From NCBI RefSeq assembly GCF_009914755.1, contig NC_060935.1: DNA of 64,000 nucleotides; one strand, 5' to 3'. The notes beneath the pieces are model-generated. The model was not told where the DNA came from, made no database searches, and saw nothing but the letters and a program-made list of their open reading frames with translations. The translations under genes were made by a program, and so were the position numbers. This stretch comes from the human T2T-CHM13v2.0 reference genome, Homo sapiens. Shown here piece by piece: positions 27,029 through 39,026 of the stretch (positions are counted from its first letter, which is position 1; each line of letters opens with the position of its first letter).

Positions 27029-29517
27029 TGATATGGTTTGGGTCTGTTTCCCCACCCAAATCTCATCTTGAATTGTAATCCCTACATGTCAAGGGAGGAA
27101 CCTGGTGGGAGGCGATTGGGTCACGGGGGTGGTTTTTTCATCCTGTTTTTATGATAATGAGTGAGTTCTCAGGAGGTATAATGGTTTAAATAAAAGTGGG
27201 GCACTTTCCCTTGCCCCCAATGTCTCTCTTCTGCTGCCTTATAAAAAAAGGTGCTTGCTTCTCCTTTGCTTTCTACCATGTGTTAGGCCTCTGAGACCAT
27301 GCTAAGCCATCATATCCCCTGTCACCTGCAGGTATAAATCCAGATGGCCTAAAGCAACTGAAAAACCACAAAACAAGTAAAAATAGCCAGTTCCTGACTT
27401 AATTGATGACATTCCACCATTGTGATTTGTTTCTGCCCCACCCTGACTAATCAATTAACCTTGCGACATTCCTTCTCCTGGACAATAAGTCTCTGGAGCT
27501 CCCCACCGAGCACCTTGTGACCCCCACCCCTGCCCACAAGAGAACAGCCACCTTTAACTGTAATTTTCCACTACCTACCCAAATCCTATAAAACTTCCCT
27601 ACCCCTATCACCCTTTGCTGACTCCTTTTTCAGACTCAGTCTGCCTGCACCAAGGTGATTAAAAAGCTTTATTGCTCATACAAAGCCTGTTTGGTGGTCT
27701 CTTCACACAGATGCACATAACACCATGATTGTAAGTTTTCTGAGGCTTCCTCAGCCATGTGAAACTGTGAGTCGATTAACTTCTTTACTTTTAAATTACT
27801 CAGTCTCAGGTAATTCTTTAAAGTAGTTTGAAAACAGATTAATACAGAAGATTGGTAGTGAGAGAAGTGGAGCATTGCTATAAGGATACCTGAAAACGTG
27901 GAAGCAACTTTGGAACTAAGTAATGGGCAGAGGTTGGAATGGATTGGAGGGCTCAGAAGAAGACAAGACGACGTGGGAAAATCTGGAACTTCCTAGAGAC
28001 TTGTTGAATGGTTTTGACCAAAATGCTGATGGAGATATGGACAATGAGGTCCAGGTTGAGATGGTCTCAGATGGAGATGAGAAACTTATTGGAAAATGGA
28101 GCAAACGTCACTCTTGCTATGCTTTAGCAAAGAGACAAGTGGCATTTTACCCCTGCCCTGGAGATCTGTAGAACTTTGAACTTGAGAGAGATAATTTAGT
28201 CTATCTGATGGAAGACATTTCTAAGCACCAATGTGTTCAAGATGTGACCAGACATTTTGTAAAAGTGTACGTTTATATGTATGAAGAAAGAAATGATCTA
28301 AAATTAAAAATTATGTTTAAAAGGGTAGCAGAGCATGAGTTCGGAAAACTTGCAGCCTGACCATGCTGTAGAAAAGAAAAACCCATTTTCTGAGGAGAAA
28401 GTTAAGCCTGCTGCAGAAATTTGCATAAGTGACTAGGAGCCAAATGTGAATAGCACAGACAATGGGGAAAGTGTCTCCAGGGTATTTTATAGATCTTCAT
28501 GGCAGTCCCTCCCATTACAGGCCCAGAGGCCTAGGAGGGTAAAATCATTTCCTGGGCCAGGCCCAGGGCCCCATCACTGCTCTGTGCATCCTTGGGACTT
28601 GGCGCCCTGCATCCCAGCTGCTACAGCTTCAGCCATGGCTAAAAGGTGCCAAGGTGCAGCTCAGGCCATTGCTTCTGAGGGGGCAAATCCCAGGCCTTGA
28701 TGGCTTCCACCTGGTGTTGGGCCTATGAACCTGGAAAAGCTGCAGGCACTCAATGCCAGTCCATGAAAGCAGCTGCAGGGGCCCTACCCTGCAGAGCCAC
28801 AGGGCCTTGGGAGCCCACCCCTTACATCAGCATTCCCAGGATATGAGACATTGAGTCAAAGTATATTATTTTGGAGCTTTAAGATTTAATGACTTCCCCA
28901 CTGGATTTCATTCTTGTACAGAGCCTGTAGCCCCTTTGTGTTGGCCAATTTTTCCCATTTGGAATGAGGACATTTACCCAATTCCTGTACTCTCATTGTA
29001 TCTTGGAAGTAACTAATTTGTTTTTGATTTTCCAGGCTCATAGAGAGAAGGGATTTTTGCCTCAGATGAGACCCTGGACTGTTGACTTTTCAGTTAATGC
29101 TGAAATGAGTTAAGACTTCGGGGGACTGTTGGGAAGGCACGATTGGTTTTAAAATCTAAAAAGGACATGAGCTTTGGGAGGGATAAGGGCAGAATGATAT
29201 CTTTTGGCTCTGTGTCCCTACTGTAATCTCATCTTGAATTGCAATCCTTATGTGTCATGGGAGGAACCTGGTAGGAGGTGATTGGATCATGGGGAAGGTT
29301 TCCCCCATGCTGTTCTCTTCATAGTGAATGAGTTCTCCCCAACCACTGCTGCCTTGTAAAGAAGGTCCTTTCTTCTCCTTTGCCTTCTACCACAATTGTA
29401 AGTTTTCCTGAGGCCTCCTCAGCCAGGCAGAACAGTGAGTCAATTAACCTCTTTCCTTTATAAATTATTCAATCTCAGGTAAGGTTCTTTAGAGCAGTAT
29501 GAAAACAAACTAATACA
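27029..29517 (+). mobile_element. THE1 (MaLR) element: 5' LTR 27029-27846 (interrupted), internal region, 3' LTR about 29197-29517
   Basis: Both LTRs begin TGATAT and end TAATACA. Internal ORF remnant WENLELPRDLLNGFDQNAD. Confidence 0.9.
27281..27722 (+). mobile_element. Solo LTR7-family (HERV-H) LTR
   Basis: Begins TGTTAGGCCTCTGAG...GCTAAGCCATCATATCCCCTG and ends AAGCCTGTTTGGTGGTCTCTTCACACAGATGCACATAACA. Perfect 5-bp TSD CCATG at 27276-27280 and 27723-27727. Confidence 0.88.
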
Positions 29518-29640
29518 AATGGTAATTAAAAACCTCCCAACAAGGAAAGCTGTGGGTCAGATGTCTTCATGGTTGAATTCTACCAAACATTTACAGAATC
29601 ATTACACATCATTCTAAAACTCTTTCAAAAAATACAAGTA

Positions 29641-29797
29641 CAGTAGTCCACTTAATCCATAGAAGATAACTTCCTAGACTCCCAGTAAATGCCTGAAACC
29701 ACAGATAGTACTGAACCTGATTGCTATAAATCAGAACATGTTTCTGTCTACCTCCCATACATTTAGTGGCTCTTTTATCTTAACTAAGCATTTCTCT
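29641..29797 (+). mobile_element. Tigger/MER44-type left-end fragment
   Basis: TA|CAGTAGTCC terminus and tgcctgaaaccacagatagtactgaacc. Confidence 0.55.
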
Positions 29798-30953
29798 TGA
29801 TACATTTGGCTGTGTCCCAACCCAAATATCGTCTTGAATTGTAGCTCTCATAATTCCCACATGTTGTGGGAGGGACCTGGTGGGAGACAATTGAATAATG
29901 GGGGTGGTTTCCCACACTGTTCTCATGGTAGTGAATAAGTCTCTTGAGATCTCATGGTTTTATAAGGGAAATCACTTTTGCTTAGTTCGTATTCCCTCGT
30001 CTTCTGCTACGTAAAATGTACCTTTTGTCTTCCACCATAATTGTGAGGCCTCCCCAGCCACATGGGACTGTAAGCCCATTAAACCTCTTTTTCTTTATAA
30101 ATTACCCAGTCTTGAGTGTGTCTTTATCAGCAGTATGAAAAGGAACTAATACAGTAAATTGGTTCCAGTAGAGTGGGGCACTGCTGTAAAGATACCCAAA
30201 AATGTGGGAGCAACTTTGGAACTGGGTAACAGGCAGAGGCTGGAACAGTTTGGATGGCTTAGAATAAGACAGGAAAATGTGGGAAGGTTTGGAACTTCCT
30301 GGAGATTTGTTGAATGGCTTTGATCAAGATGCTGATAATGATATAGACAATGAAATCCAGGCTGAGGTGGTCTCAGATGGAGATGAGGTACTTGTTGGGA
30401 ACTGGAGTAAAGGTGACCCTTGCTATGTTTTAGCAAAGAGACTGGCAGCATTTTGCCCCTGCTTTAGAGATTTGTGGAACTTTGAACTTGAGGGAAATGA
30501 TTTAGGGTACCTTCAGAAGAAATTTCTGAGCAGTAAAGCATTCAAGAGGTGACTTGGGTGCTGTTAAAAGCATTCAGTTTTAAAAGGGAAACAGCATAAA
30601 AGCTCAGAAAATTTTCACCCTGACAATGGGATAGAAAAGAAAAACCCACTTTCTGAGGAGAAATTCAAGAAGGCTGAAGAAATTTGCATAATTAATTAGG
30701 GGTCAAATGTTAATCACCAAGACAATGGGGAAAATATTTCCAGAGTATCAGAGACCTTTGTGGGCGACCCTCTCTTCACAGGACCAGAGCGTTAGGAGAA
30801 AAAAGTGGTTTCCTGGGTTGGGCCCAGGCCTCCTGGCTGTGTAAAGCCTAGGGACTTGGTGCCTTATGTCCCAGCCATTCTAGTCATGGCTAAAAGGGCC
30901 CAAGGTACAGCTCAGACCATGGCTTCAGAGGGTGCAAACTCCAAGCCTTGGCA
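29798..30953 (+). mobile_element. Second THE1 element: LTR 29798-30153 plus truncated internal region
   Basis: TGATA...CTAATACA LTR, then internal WEGLELPGDLLNGFDQDAD. Ends abruptly with no 3' LTR. Confidence 0.9.
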
Positions 30954-31728
30954 TATCATCTCTGCTAATCAGAGTTCTCTGGACTAATATGGTGTTAGAG
31001 AGCATTAAATCCTATGAATTGAACAGATGACCTATACCTATTTGTTTTGTGAGAGTTGAATGTGATGTTTAGATATTTCAAGTAAAGAGGAAGTTAAAAT
31101 CACCTAAAAAATTTATAAGTAAGCTCATCTGTTAGACTGCATCAAGGTTAGAATTTTTAGAGAAAATACAGGTGATGATATCCAGGTTTGAAAAATAACA
31201 AATATTATATTAATATATAATTTGATATTTTTAAAAGAATATTTTATAACTATTTCTATGGCAATAGTTTACAAACTAAGAATAATTTTAATTTAAGGAA
31301 ACCAAATGCAAAAACTTAAAATATTTTTAGTTCTTTCTTTTTCCTCCTGGGCTTCTTCTGTTTTTGAGAGGTTTTGTTTTGTTTTTTTTTAACAATGGGC
31401 ATTAGAATCATTTAGTAGACTGAAATAAATAGAATGGCTTTTAAGACTTATGAAGTTACTGAGAAAACCCTGAACCTCAAAAAATTTCTAACTGATATTA
31501 CTGTGCTGAAGATAGAAAACTCAGTCATTTGCATACTTTTTGTATTATTTCTGTCCTAATGTTTAGCCCTACATTGTTACATTTAAAATATAAACATTAA
31601 AATATTAAAAGGAGAGCAGAGATATCCTTTTCCATGCAAGAATCATGTACAAAGTGAAAGAGTTCATACCTCTTCAAAAGGAGATAACTGACACTGGATA
31701 TGAAGACAGACTTAAACACAAGAAGAAT

Positions 31729-32072
31729 CGCTGGGGTGATCAGACCCAACACCAGGTCGTGGGAGGGACAAAGTCCAGTGGAGTCAAAGGAATGAGAAAA
31801 AGACAGTTTGAGAGAGAAAGTGGGACCAGGGGCCCATTGTTGAGTGTGGAGGCTGCGAAAGCCCCAAGCTCTGGGAGCCCATGCTATATATTGGTGCTCA
31901 AACAAACACGTAGTGAGGATGTGGGGGTTGAAAGGAAACAGTGGATCAAGTGAATGAGAAACACATGGCTGCTTGAGATAATGGGAGTGCTAGAAGCAAG
32001 GAGCCAGCAAGTCTAGCAGACGTGCAAGCCCTGCCTCAGCTTCTCTCCCAATACTCAGCTTTTCTCCCAACA
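31729..32072 (-). repeat. 3' LTR of the provirus
   Basis: 344-bp direct repeat of 36773-37115. On the minus strand it starts TGTTGGGAGAAAAGCTGAG and is preceded by polypurine tract AAAAAAGAAGTGGGGCA. Confidence 0.93.
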
Positions 32073-32839
32073 TGCCCCACTTCTTTTTTGTAAAAACTGC
32101 CCCAGCTATCATTATTAGCATAAGGTGGCCTCTTTAAATTGAGCAAGGCAATTGCAGGCTGTGCAGCCCTTAATTGCCACTTGGTGATCCAGCTTCATTT
32201 TTCTTAGCCCTTATTCAAAATGGAGTTGCTCTGATTTGAATGCTTCCTACATATCTCCCCTTTCCCTTTTACAAGAGGACCCTTAATCCTAGGGGTTGCA
32301 GAAGGATGAAGGTCTGTCTTCTGTAACTTCTTCATGTTGAATAGGGGTGATCATACTCCTGCCTACCTATTAGGGTCTCTTGTATTCAGGGTAGAGAGGA
32401 GTTCAGTCAGAAAGCACTGGTCCATTAAGCATCTATAGGTAAAACCCTGGTGCTCCAGCAGTTTCTCAGCATGGCTCGTACTGGGGGAACCCAGGCCATG
32501 GTTGGGAACCATGGGTCCTTCCATTCTCCTGTTCCATGGTCAAACACATCTTGAGGGCATCTACATGGTTTGTTCATCTCCTGCAAAAACACAAGCATAT
32601 CCTCACCCCCACGTTAGTAAATGCACTGAAACACAAGCAAAAGCATTTGTGGCTGTAGCTGGGAGGCATGCCATTGCTGAAGCATTTGTAACTCAGCTTC
32701 TGCCCTTTGGTTAATTATCATGGGGGTAAAACTTGCCATTGATAATGAGAAGCAGGCTTTTTCTGATTAACAGAAAGCATAGAAAAAGCAAATCGAGGCT
32801 TATCCTTCTTGTGCAACAGTATAGCAAAAAAGTAATCCT

Positions 32840-34020
32840 TAAGCCTTCAATTTGCACTGTACAGGTGGGTCCACTAGATGCTGTGGTTCATGATAGATCT
32901 TCAGATGTTTGGTGGGCACCCACACAGGCACCTGATTGTCACGTGGAGAGACACAAGCAAATCCTCTTACCATAAAATTATCTTTCCTTTTTCCCAGCTC
33001 TTTGTATGTGCATCCCTCTACCATACATCTTGTCCAGCCTTTTTATTTTCCTTTTGTCCTGTCAAGTGTTGTTCAGCTGCAGACATGGGTTGATCTTGCT
33101 GAATTTTTTCCTCAATTAATTGATGTTCCTCCCATGCTTTTTTGGACATGAAGCGTTTACTGTTAAGGTTAGAATCACCTTGTAAAGTAAAAAAAGAGGT
33201 GAGACATAGCATAGGCAGGAATGCCTAAAGTTGGACAAATCCAATTAATGTCTCCTAATAACTTTTGGAAATCATTTAAGGTTTCTAAATTATCTTTTTG
33301 AATTTGAACCTTTTGAAGCTTAATAGCACTTTGCTTTACCTTCATTCCAAGATAATGAAAGGGAGTAGAAGTTTTGATTTTATTGGGGGCTATAATTAAC
33401 CCTGCCGCATTTACAGTCTTTTATAACTGTTTGTAGCACAACATCAATTCTTCCCTAGTCTCAGCTGTACACAGAATATCATCCATGTAATGGATGATAT
33501 AACATTTTTTAAACTGTCTTCTAACTGGCTTAATAGCTTTCCCACATAAGTTTGACAAATAGTCGGGCTATTTAGCGTGCCTTGTGGTAATACTTTCCAA
33601 TGGTAGCTGTCCACTGGTTCTTCATTATTTATGGTGGGAACAATAAAAGCAAATTTTTCATAATTTTGGGCAGCTAAAGGAATGGTAAAAAAAAGCAATC
33701 CTTTAGATCTATCACTATGAGAGGTCACTATTTTGGTATCATTGCTGGGGAGGGCAGCCCTGGTTGTAGAACACCCATGGGTTGAATCACAGCATTAGCA
33801 GCCCTTAAATCTGTTAACATTCTCCATTTCCCTGATTTTTTCTTAATGAAAAATACAATAGAATTCCAAGGGGAGAAAGTAGGCTGTATATATCCCTTTT
33901 GCAATTGTTCCTGCACCAGTTCTTTTAAAGCCTCCAGTTTTTCCTGTTTCAGTGGCCATTGCTCCACCCAAACCGGTTTGATAGCCAAACAAGAGGATTG
34001 GGAGCTGGAGGCTCAACAAT
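32840..34020 (-). pseudogene. pol remnant: frameshifted RT joined to the integrase C-terminus
   Basis: [40 protein letters not shown], then AAEQHLTG and [18 protein letters not shown]. Confidence 0.9.
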
Positions 34021-34028
34021 GGTCGCTC

Positions 34029-34802
34029 CTAAAAATGACACCCCAATTCGGTCTGATCTGTTTGCCCTTTTAATTCTAAAGGTTCTGATTGGCCATTTTT
34101 ATATTGTCCTAGTCCTTTTCCCAGGTGATATCCCATGTTTTTCATCATTTGTCTGCTATGATTACTATACTGATCCATAGGAATAGGTATTTCAGCATCC
34201 CATTGTTGCAATAAGTCTCTACCCCATAAATTGATAGGAATAGGTGTAATGATAGGTTGGATTGTCCCTTCCTGACCATTCGTCCTTTGACATGGTAAAA
34301 TCAAGGAACTCTGAAAAACTTCTGAGGCAGCTCCTACTCCAACAATACCAGTGGATGCCTTTTGCTTAGGCCAGTGCTGGGGCCATTGATTTATAGCAAT
34401 AATAGAGACATCAGCTCCAGTATCTACTAGTCCTTCAAAATCTTTTCCCTGAACAGTTACTGTGCAAATAGGTCTTTTGTCAGACACTTGATTAACCCAA
34501 TACACAGCCTTTCCTGCTGGATTATTATTACCAAAGCCTCCTGTTCTTTTCACTGTGCTGCTTCCTAGTTTTATATAAGGTAACAGCAACAACTGAGCAA
34601 TTCTTTCTCTTGGGGAGGCAGAACACGGAGAGGAACTAATAACTAATTGAATCTCTCCAGTATAATCAGAGTCAATTATTCCCATATGTACAGTAGCACC
34701 TTTTAAATTCAGACTAGACCTTCCAAGTAATAGGCCAACTGTTCCTCAGGGTGAGGGTCCCCTAACTCCTGTGGGTACCTTCTTTGGTGGCTCCCCAGGA
34801 AG
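34029..34802 (-). pseudogene. pro remnant: dUTPase C-terminal part, aspartic protease and G-patch
   Basis: GIIDSDYTGEI and RTGGFG (dUTPase), LVDTGAD and NLWGRDLL (protease), MMKNMGYHLGKGLG (G-patch). Confidence 0.92.
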
Positions 34803-36416
34803 TGTGAACTAAAAGATGAGTTACATAGATATTTACAATACACAACTGGACATTTTCCATTATTTTGGGATAAACTAAAATAAATTTTAAAGTTTCATTT
34901 GGAGATTTCAAAGCTGAAGATGCTTTCAGCAAATTCTTAGATCTTAAGAAAATGCCTTAGATCTTAAGAATATATTGTTCATTGTTTATAAAATCATTTG
35001 CCTTTTTTATCTAAAAATTTTAATACCTGAATTTAACAGGTTTTTCTTCTGGACAAGTTCTTTGACATTTAAGTAAAATCAATACTTTCAGAGTAATCAT
35101 CTGCATCACACTGGAGTGACTGCTTTAATTTCTAAATCATCAATTAGTGTAGCCCAGGGATACTGATGGCCTTGATACATAATTTAGTCTTGTCATTATA
35201 GCGTGTGGAAATCAGGGCTTTGGGGGCATCATCTGACCCCATTTCTTTTTACCACAGTGGTTCCTGCCACAATATCATAGGCTGATCGATTATGCTGAAA
35301 AAACAGCAGTGTGATGCAAGCAGGGAAAAAAGAAGCAATTGAAAAATTCTTGATCAAAGCTCATGTAGTGGACATTGTAATGCTAACGTTTGAGGAAAGA
35401 ATCACTAAAACCCGACTTAGTGCAATAAGCACTAATGTATCACATGTCACAACTCGAAGCCCCACCAGGAACTTCCCTGGGGTAGCTCCACCTGCTCCCC
35501 AGATGCAAATTATCTCATAGAAACAAACTAATAGTCTGCATCATTTTCTGCAAGTCTTCCACTGATGTGTCTTTATCTATTTTTTCCATTACATAATGCA
35601 TAGCAAACTTAGAGATATCCTTTATCCCACTGAGGTGCATAATGCTTAAGACAATGGTTGCTTTTACAAAGAAAAGAATAAAGAAACTCACCATCCTGGG
35701 CCAAGGATGGAATAACATATTCTCCGCCTGCCTGTTGCCCGGTCTCACTCAGGCTTCACGAAGGGGCTGCTGATCCTACCTTCGTCACTGGAGTGGCCCA
35801 GACTGATGCCTGCACATGAGAAGCCCGGGGTCCCAGGCCAGTTACTGGAGCCTGGGTGCTGATGCCAGCAGCTGTACCCGGGTCAGGGCCGGCGGCCCAG
35901 GACTCAGGAAGTAGAAGGGGTTGTAATAGCCCAGCCACTGGGACAGCAGCGCTGTCCGAAGGGAAGCTCTGCGGGGACTGCTGGGGACTGCAGCAAGCCG
36001 GGAAGGCGGCCTGGCCAGCGGTGCCAGGTGAGGTAGCCACAGCAGGACTGATACAGCCACTCGCGCACTTGCCGGGAGCACTCGGTCTCTCCCGCGGGGC
36101 TGTGCCTTGGGCACTTCGGCAGCCCAGCACGGAGCCGGAAGCAGCCTCCCCGCGCTTCCTGAGCTCACCGGGGCGGCTCTGATTTGTCAGGCACAGCCAT
36201 GAGGCCCGGGCTGTGGGCTGGCCAGGGGCATGGGGTTTGGCCTGGGGGTCGTCATGGGGGCATGGGACGGTGGCGGCAGGAGGGCCTCTCAGGGTAGGGA
36301 GGGACTCGTGGCCCCCTCCACCCTCGTCGTGCCCAGGAGGGCGGCCTTGGGCTTCCTCGGGCCCCTCTGCCATTGTCGCCTCAGCAGGACCCAGCACCCT
36401 CCGCCGTACCTGTCAC
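34803..36416 (-). pseudogene. FAM8A2P: Intronless FAM8A1 copy transduced inside the provirus (CDS remnant 36373 to 35229)
   Basis: MAEGPEEAQGRPPG start at 36373, QWLGYYNPFYFLSPG, FFILFFVKATIVLSIMHLSGIKDISKFAMHY and a C-terminal YDIVAGTTVVKRNGVR-TGA, followed by partial 3' UTR. Multiple frameshifts and no poly(A). Confidence 0.88.
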
Positions 36417-36630
36417 TGCTCCGTCTTTATACACCTTTTTGAAAAAATCTCTTCCAATTCTCTCCCATTCATCCAACTCCATAGTCCCCTGTTCCGGGAA
36501 CCATGGGCAAAACAGCTTTACTGTACTAAAAAGTGATAACAAACTGAGTACCAACTTTTACTCCCCCACTTCATAATAAATGCTTTAAAAAATTTAAATA
36601 AGCAGAATGTCTGCATTCACTTTGTCCCAT
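36417..36630 (-). pseudogene. gag 5' remnant (matrix N-terminus)
   Basis: MGQSEC start at 36630 and FCPWFPEQGTMELDEWERIG, the betaretroviral matrix motif. Confidence 0.88.
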
Positions 36631-36750
36631 TGTTACCCTGGTTCTTCCCAGCGCTCAGCTTTCCCGCCGAACTTCTTTTAGACGACCTCGGGTGTCCTTT
36701 GATGAGGCGTCCTCTGCTTTCACACGCTCTAGCGTTCCTTCACCAGGGTT

Positions 36751-36768
36751 GCCCCACATTGGGCACCA
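36751..36768 (-). promoter_or_regulatory. Primer binding site for tRNA-Lys
   Basis: TGGTGCCCAATGTGGGGC versus canonical Lys1,2 PBS TGGCGCCCAACGTGGGGC (two CpG-type transitions), 4 nt from the 5' LTR. Confidence 0.9.
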
Positions 36769-36772
36769 GGAA

Positions 36773-37115
36773 TGTTGGGGTGCTCAGACCCAACATCAGG
36801 TCTTGGGGGCAATGAAGTCCGGCGGAGTCAAAGGAATGAGAAAAAGACAGTTTGAGAGAGAAATTGGGACCAGGGGGCCATCACAAGTGTGGAGGCTGCG
36901 AAGTCCCCAAGCTCTGGGAGGCCATGCTACTTATTGGTGCTCAAACAAACAGTTGATGGGGATGTGGGGATTGAAAGGAAACAGTGTATGAAGTGAATGA
37001 GAAACATTTGGCTGCTTGAGATAACAAGAGTTCTAGAAGCAAGGAGCCAGCAAGTCTAGCAGACACGCAAGCCCTGCCTCAGCTTCTCTCTCAACACTCA
37101 GCTTTTCTCCGAACA
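36773..37115 (-). repeat. 5' LTR of the provirus
   Basis: TG...CA-bounded 343-bp repeat adjacent to the PBS. Confidence 0.93.
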
Positions 37116-39026
37116 AAGGACTATTGGTAAAATTTAAACATTTCAAAGCAGTGACACTGTGGCTGCAATACTGAATTCCTTTGTTCAGTCCACTGCATCT
37201 CCTATTCTACAATAAAACCCTTTGAAGGCATACCCTGACATCTGGTAAGTTCAAAAGAATGTTTTCAAAAATGCTGGACTTACGGTTCTTACTTGTAAGG
37301 GAGGAAAGAGCCAGAAAGACAGAATGGAATTCAGTGAAGAAAGAACAAACAGTTTCATCTGGGAAGAATGGTTTCAGACAGCTTACCAATCTCCAGTCTT
37401 GCTCTCCTCCCCTGTCCTTACTTCCTGAGTCAGAACAGCAAGATCTACACATAAAACTAATCAGTTGCTGCTAACTTCCACAAGGTGAGAGTGCTCTAAC
37501 TCCTCTAACCTATAGGTTTGGACCTTAAGGTGGGCTCCCAGAAGGTTCTACTTGATAGTTGTGTGGGTTAAACCTGACATTCCATGAAGTTATAACTAAA
37601 TTCTGTATTTTATTTGACTGAATATTTTAAAATGCAACTACTGCTCGAATTGAAATTCATGCTTGCAGAGTTCCATGTTTTCACTGAAGAGAAACTGAAT
37701 GGTAGAAGAGGAGAGACAAAGAGATTAGGCTAAAGCAGATTTTACTAACTTTAATCAGACCTGTTCCACTTTTTTTTGCTCATGTCCCACATTAATTAGA
37801 TTAAATAGAGGACCAGTACTTATCACTGAAATGTTTGAAAATCACAGTGTAATGATCTGTATTCTATGGGGCAATATTAGAAATAAACGGTAATTTATAT
37901 GTGATGTAATAAATGCTCAATGCTTTTAAATGCCCTCTAAACTCTGTTATTTTCACAGTGATATCTTAAAGGAAATAAAACTTATAAAATTAAATATTCA
38001 TAATCCCTCTGTATTGACATAAAACAAATATTTTAGTAGGAATAGATGCACATGTTGGTAATCATTAAGCTTATATTAGTTTGGGAGTTTTTCTTTTTTC
38101 TTAAAAAATAAAATTACACATTTAAGTTGAAATATATGTAAATATTTAAAAGAAAAAATAATACAAATTTTGTCATAAACCAAAGGTCAAAAAATCATAA
38201 AATCTATAAATATTATTTTATTAATGAAATTCCAGACAAATCTCTGCACATTTGGTGGTAAGGGTGTTCTTAGTGATCATTCCTACACCAAAAGAGATAG
38301 CATTATTTAATAATGTCATTGATTTTGAGCCATATAAATATACCCATTAAACATCAAAGTATCATTAACTCAATCCTTTGTTAGCTGGGTCCTAAAAATG
38401 CCTGCAGATATGCTAATGCACTGTTTTGTCAGATAAAGTGTGATGAAGTGGAAGTCAGAATATTAAGGGAAAGTGGCCTTAGTTGGTCATGGTTAAAATA
38501 TCTTTGCTTACAGAATTTTCACAAAGACATATTACTTGTGAGTTTATTGTTAAATCCCTACCCAGAAAGTGCAAGTGAGGGAAACTAAAATTTAAACAAC
38601 AGTAGCTTCATGCTATCTCTATCTCACTTTTTAATAATAGCACAATTCCACAAGAATTCTTTGGAAAATATGGAAGTATACTAGAAAAAAAAAACTGTGA
38701 CGCCACTGTGTGGGTGAAATAAAGTCTAACATTTCCATATTAATAACTATATAATTTTGTTATCAATTGATGTGTTCCAAACATTATTGATATTTACAGT
38801 TTAACTTACCTCATAATTATATGTGTATTTAATATGGGTCCCTTCTTTTGGTAGAAGTTTTCTTGTTTTTTTTTTTTTTAGTTTTAGGATCAGATGTAGA
38901 AATAATGTTTATTACCTATCGTGAATAACACCTTTTGTCTACAAATGTTATAATTTGTTTAGATGACATTACATAAAATCTTTTAACAACTGTTCTGTTT
39001 CTTCCTGGAAGAGATAACTGGACTAA

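Larger units (their letters stand above)
31729..37115 (-). mobile_element. Defective betaretrovirus-like HERV-K provirus (probably HERV-K14/HML-1, LTR14A-type) carrying a captured host cDNA
   Basis: Two ~344-bp direct LTRs, a tRNA-Lys PBS, gag start, dUTPase-protease, RT with YMDD (33478-33489), integrase C-terminus and a PPT. Degenerate flanks AAGAAT/AAGGAC may be the TSD. Confidence 0.93.

Noticed and set aside
33476-33500. 11-bp-arm palindrome ATATCATCCAT-GTA-ATGGATGATAT
   Set aside because: It coincides with the codons for YIIHYMDDI at the RT active site and is most simply a coding by-product.
34029-34685. 218-aa open pro frame as a domesticated gene
   Set aside because: Truncated upstream by the FAM8A1 insert, with no gag frame to supply it. 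An open stretch of this length in a decayed provirus is not evidence of selection.
35856-36576. Plus-strand ORFs of 67-108 aa
   Set aside because: Antisense shadows of the GC-rich FAM8A1 copy and the gag remnant.
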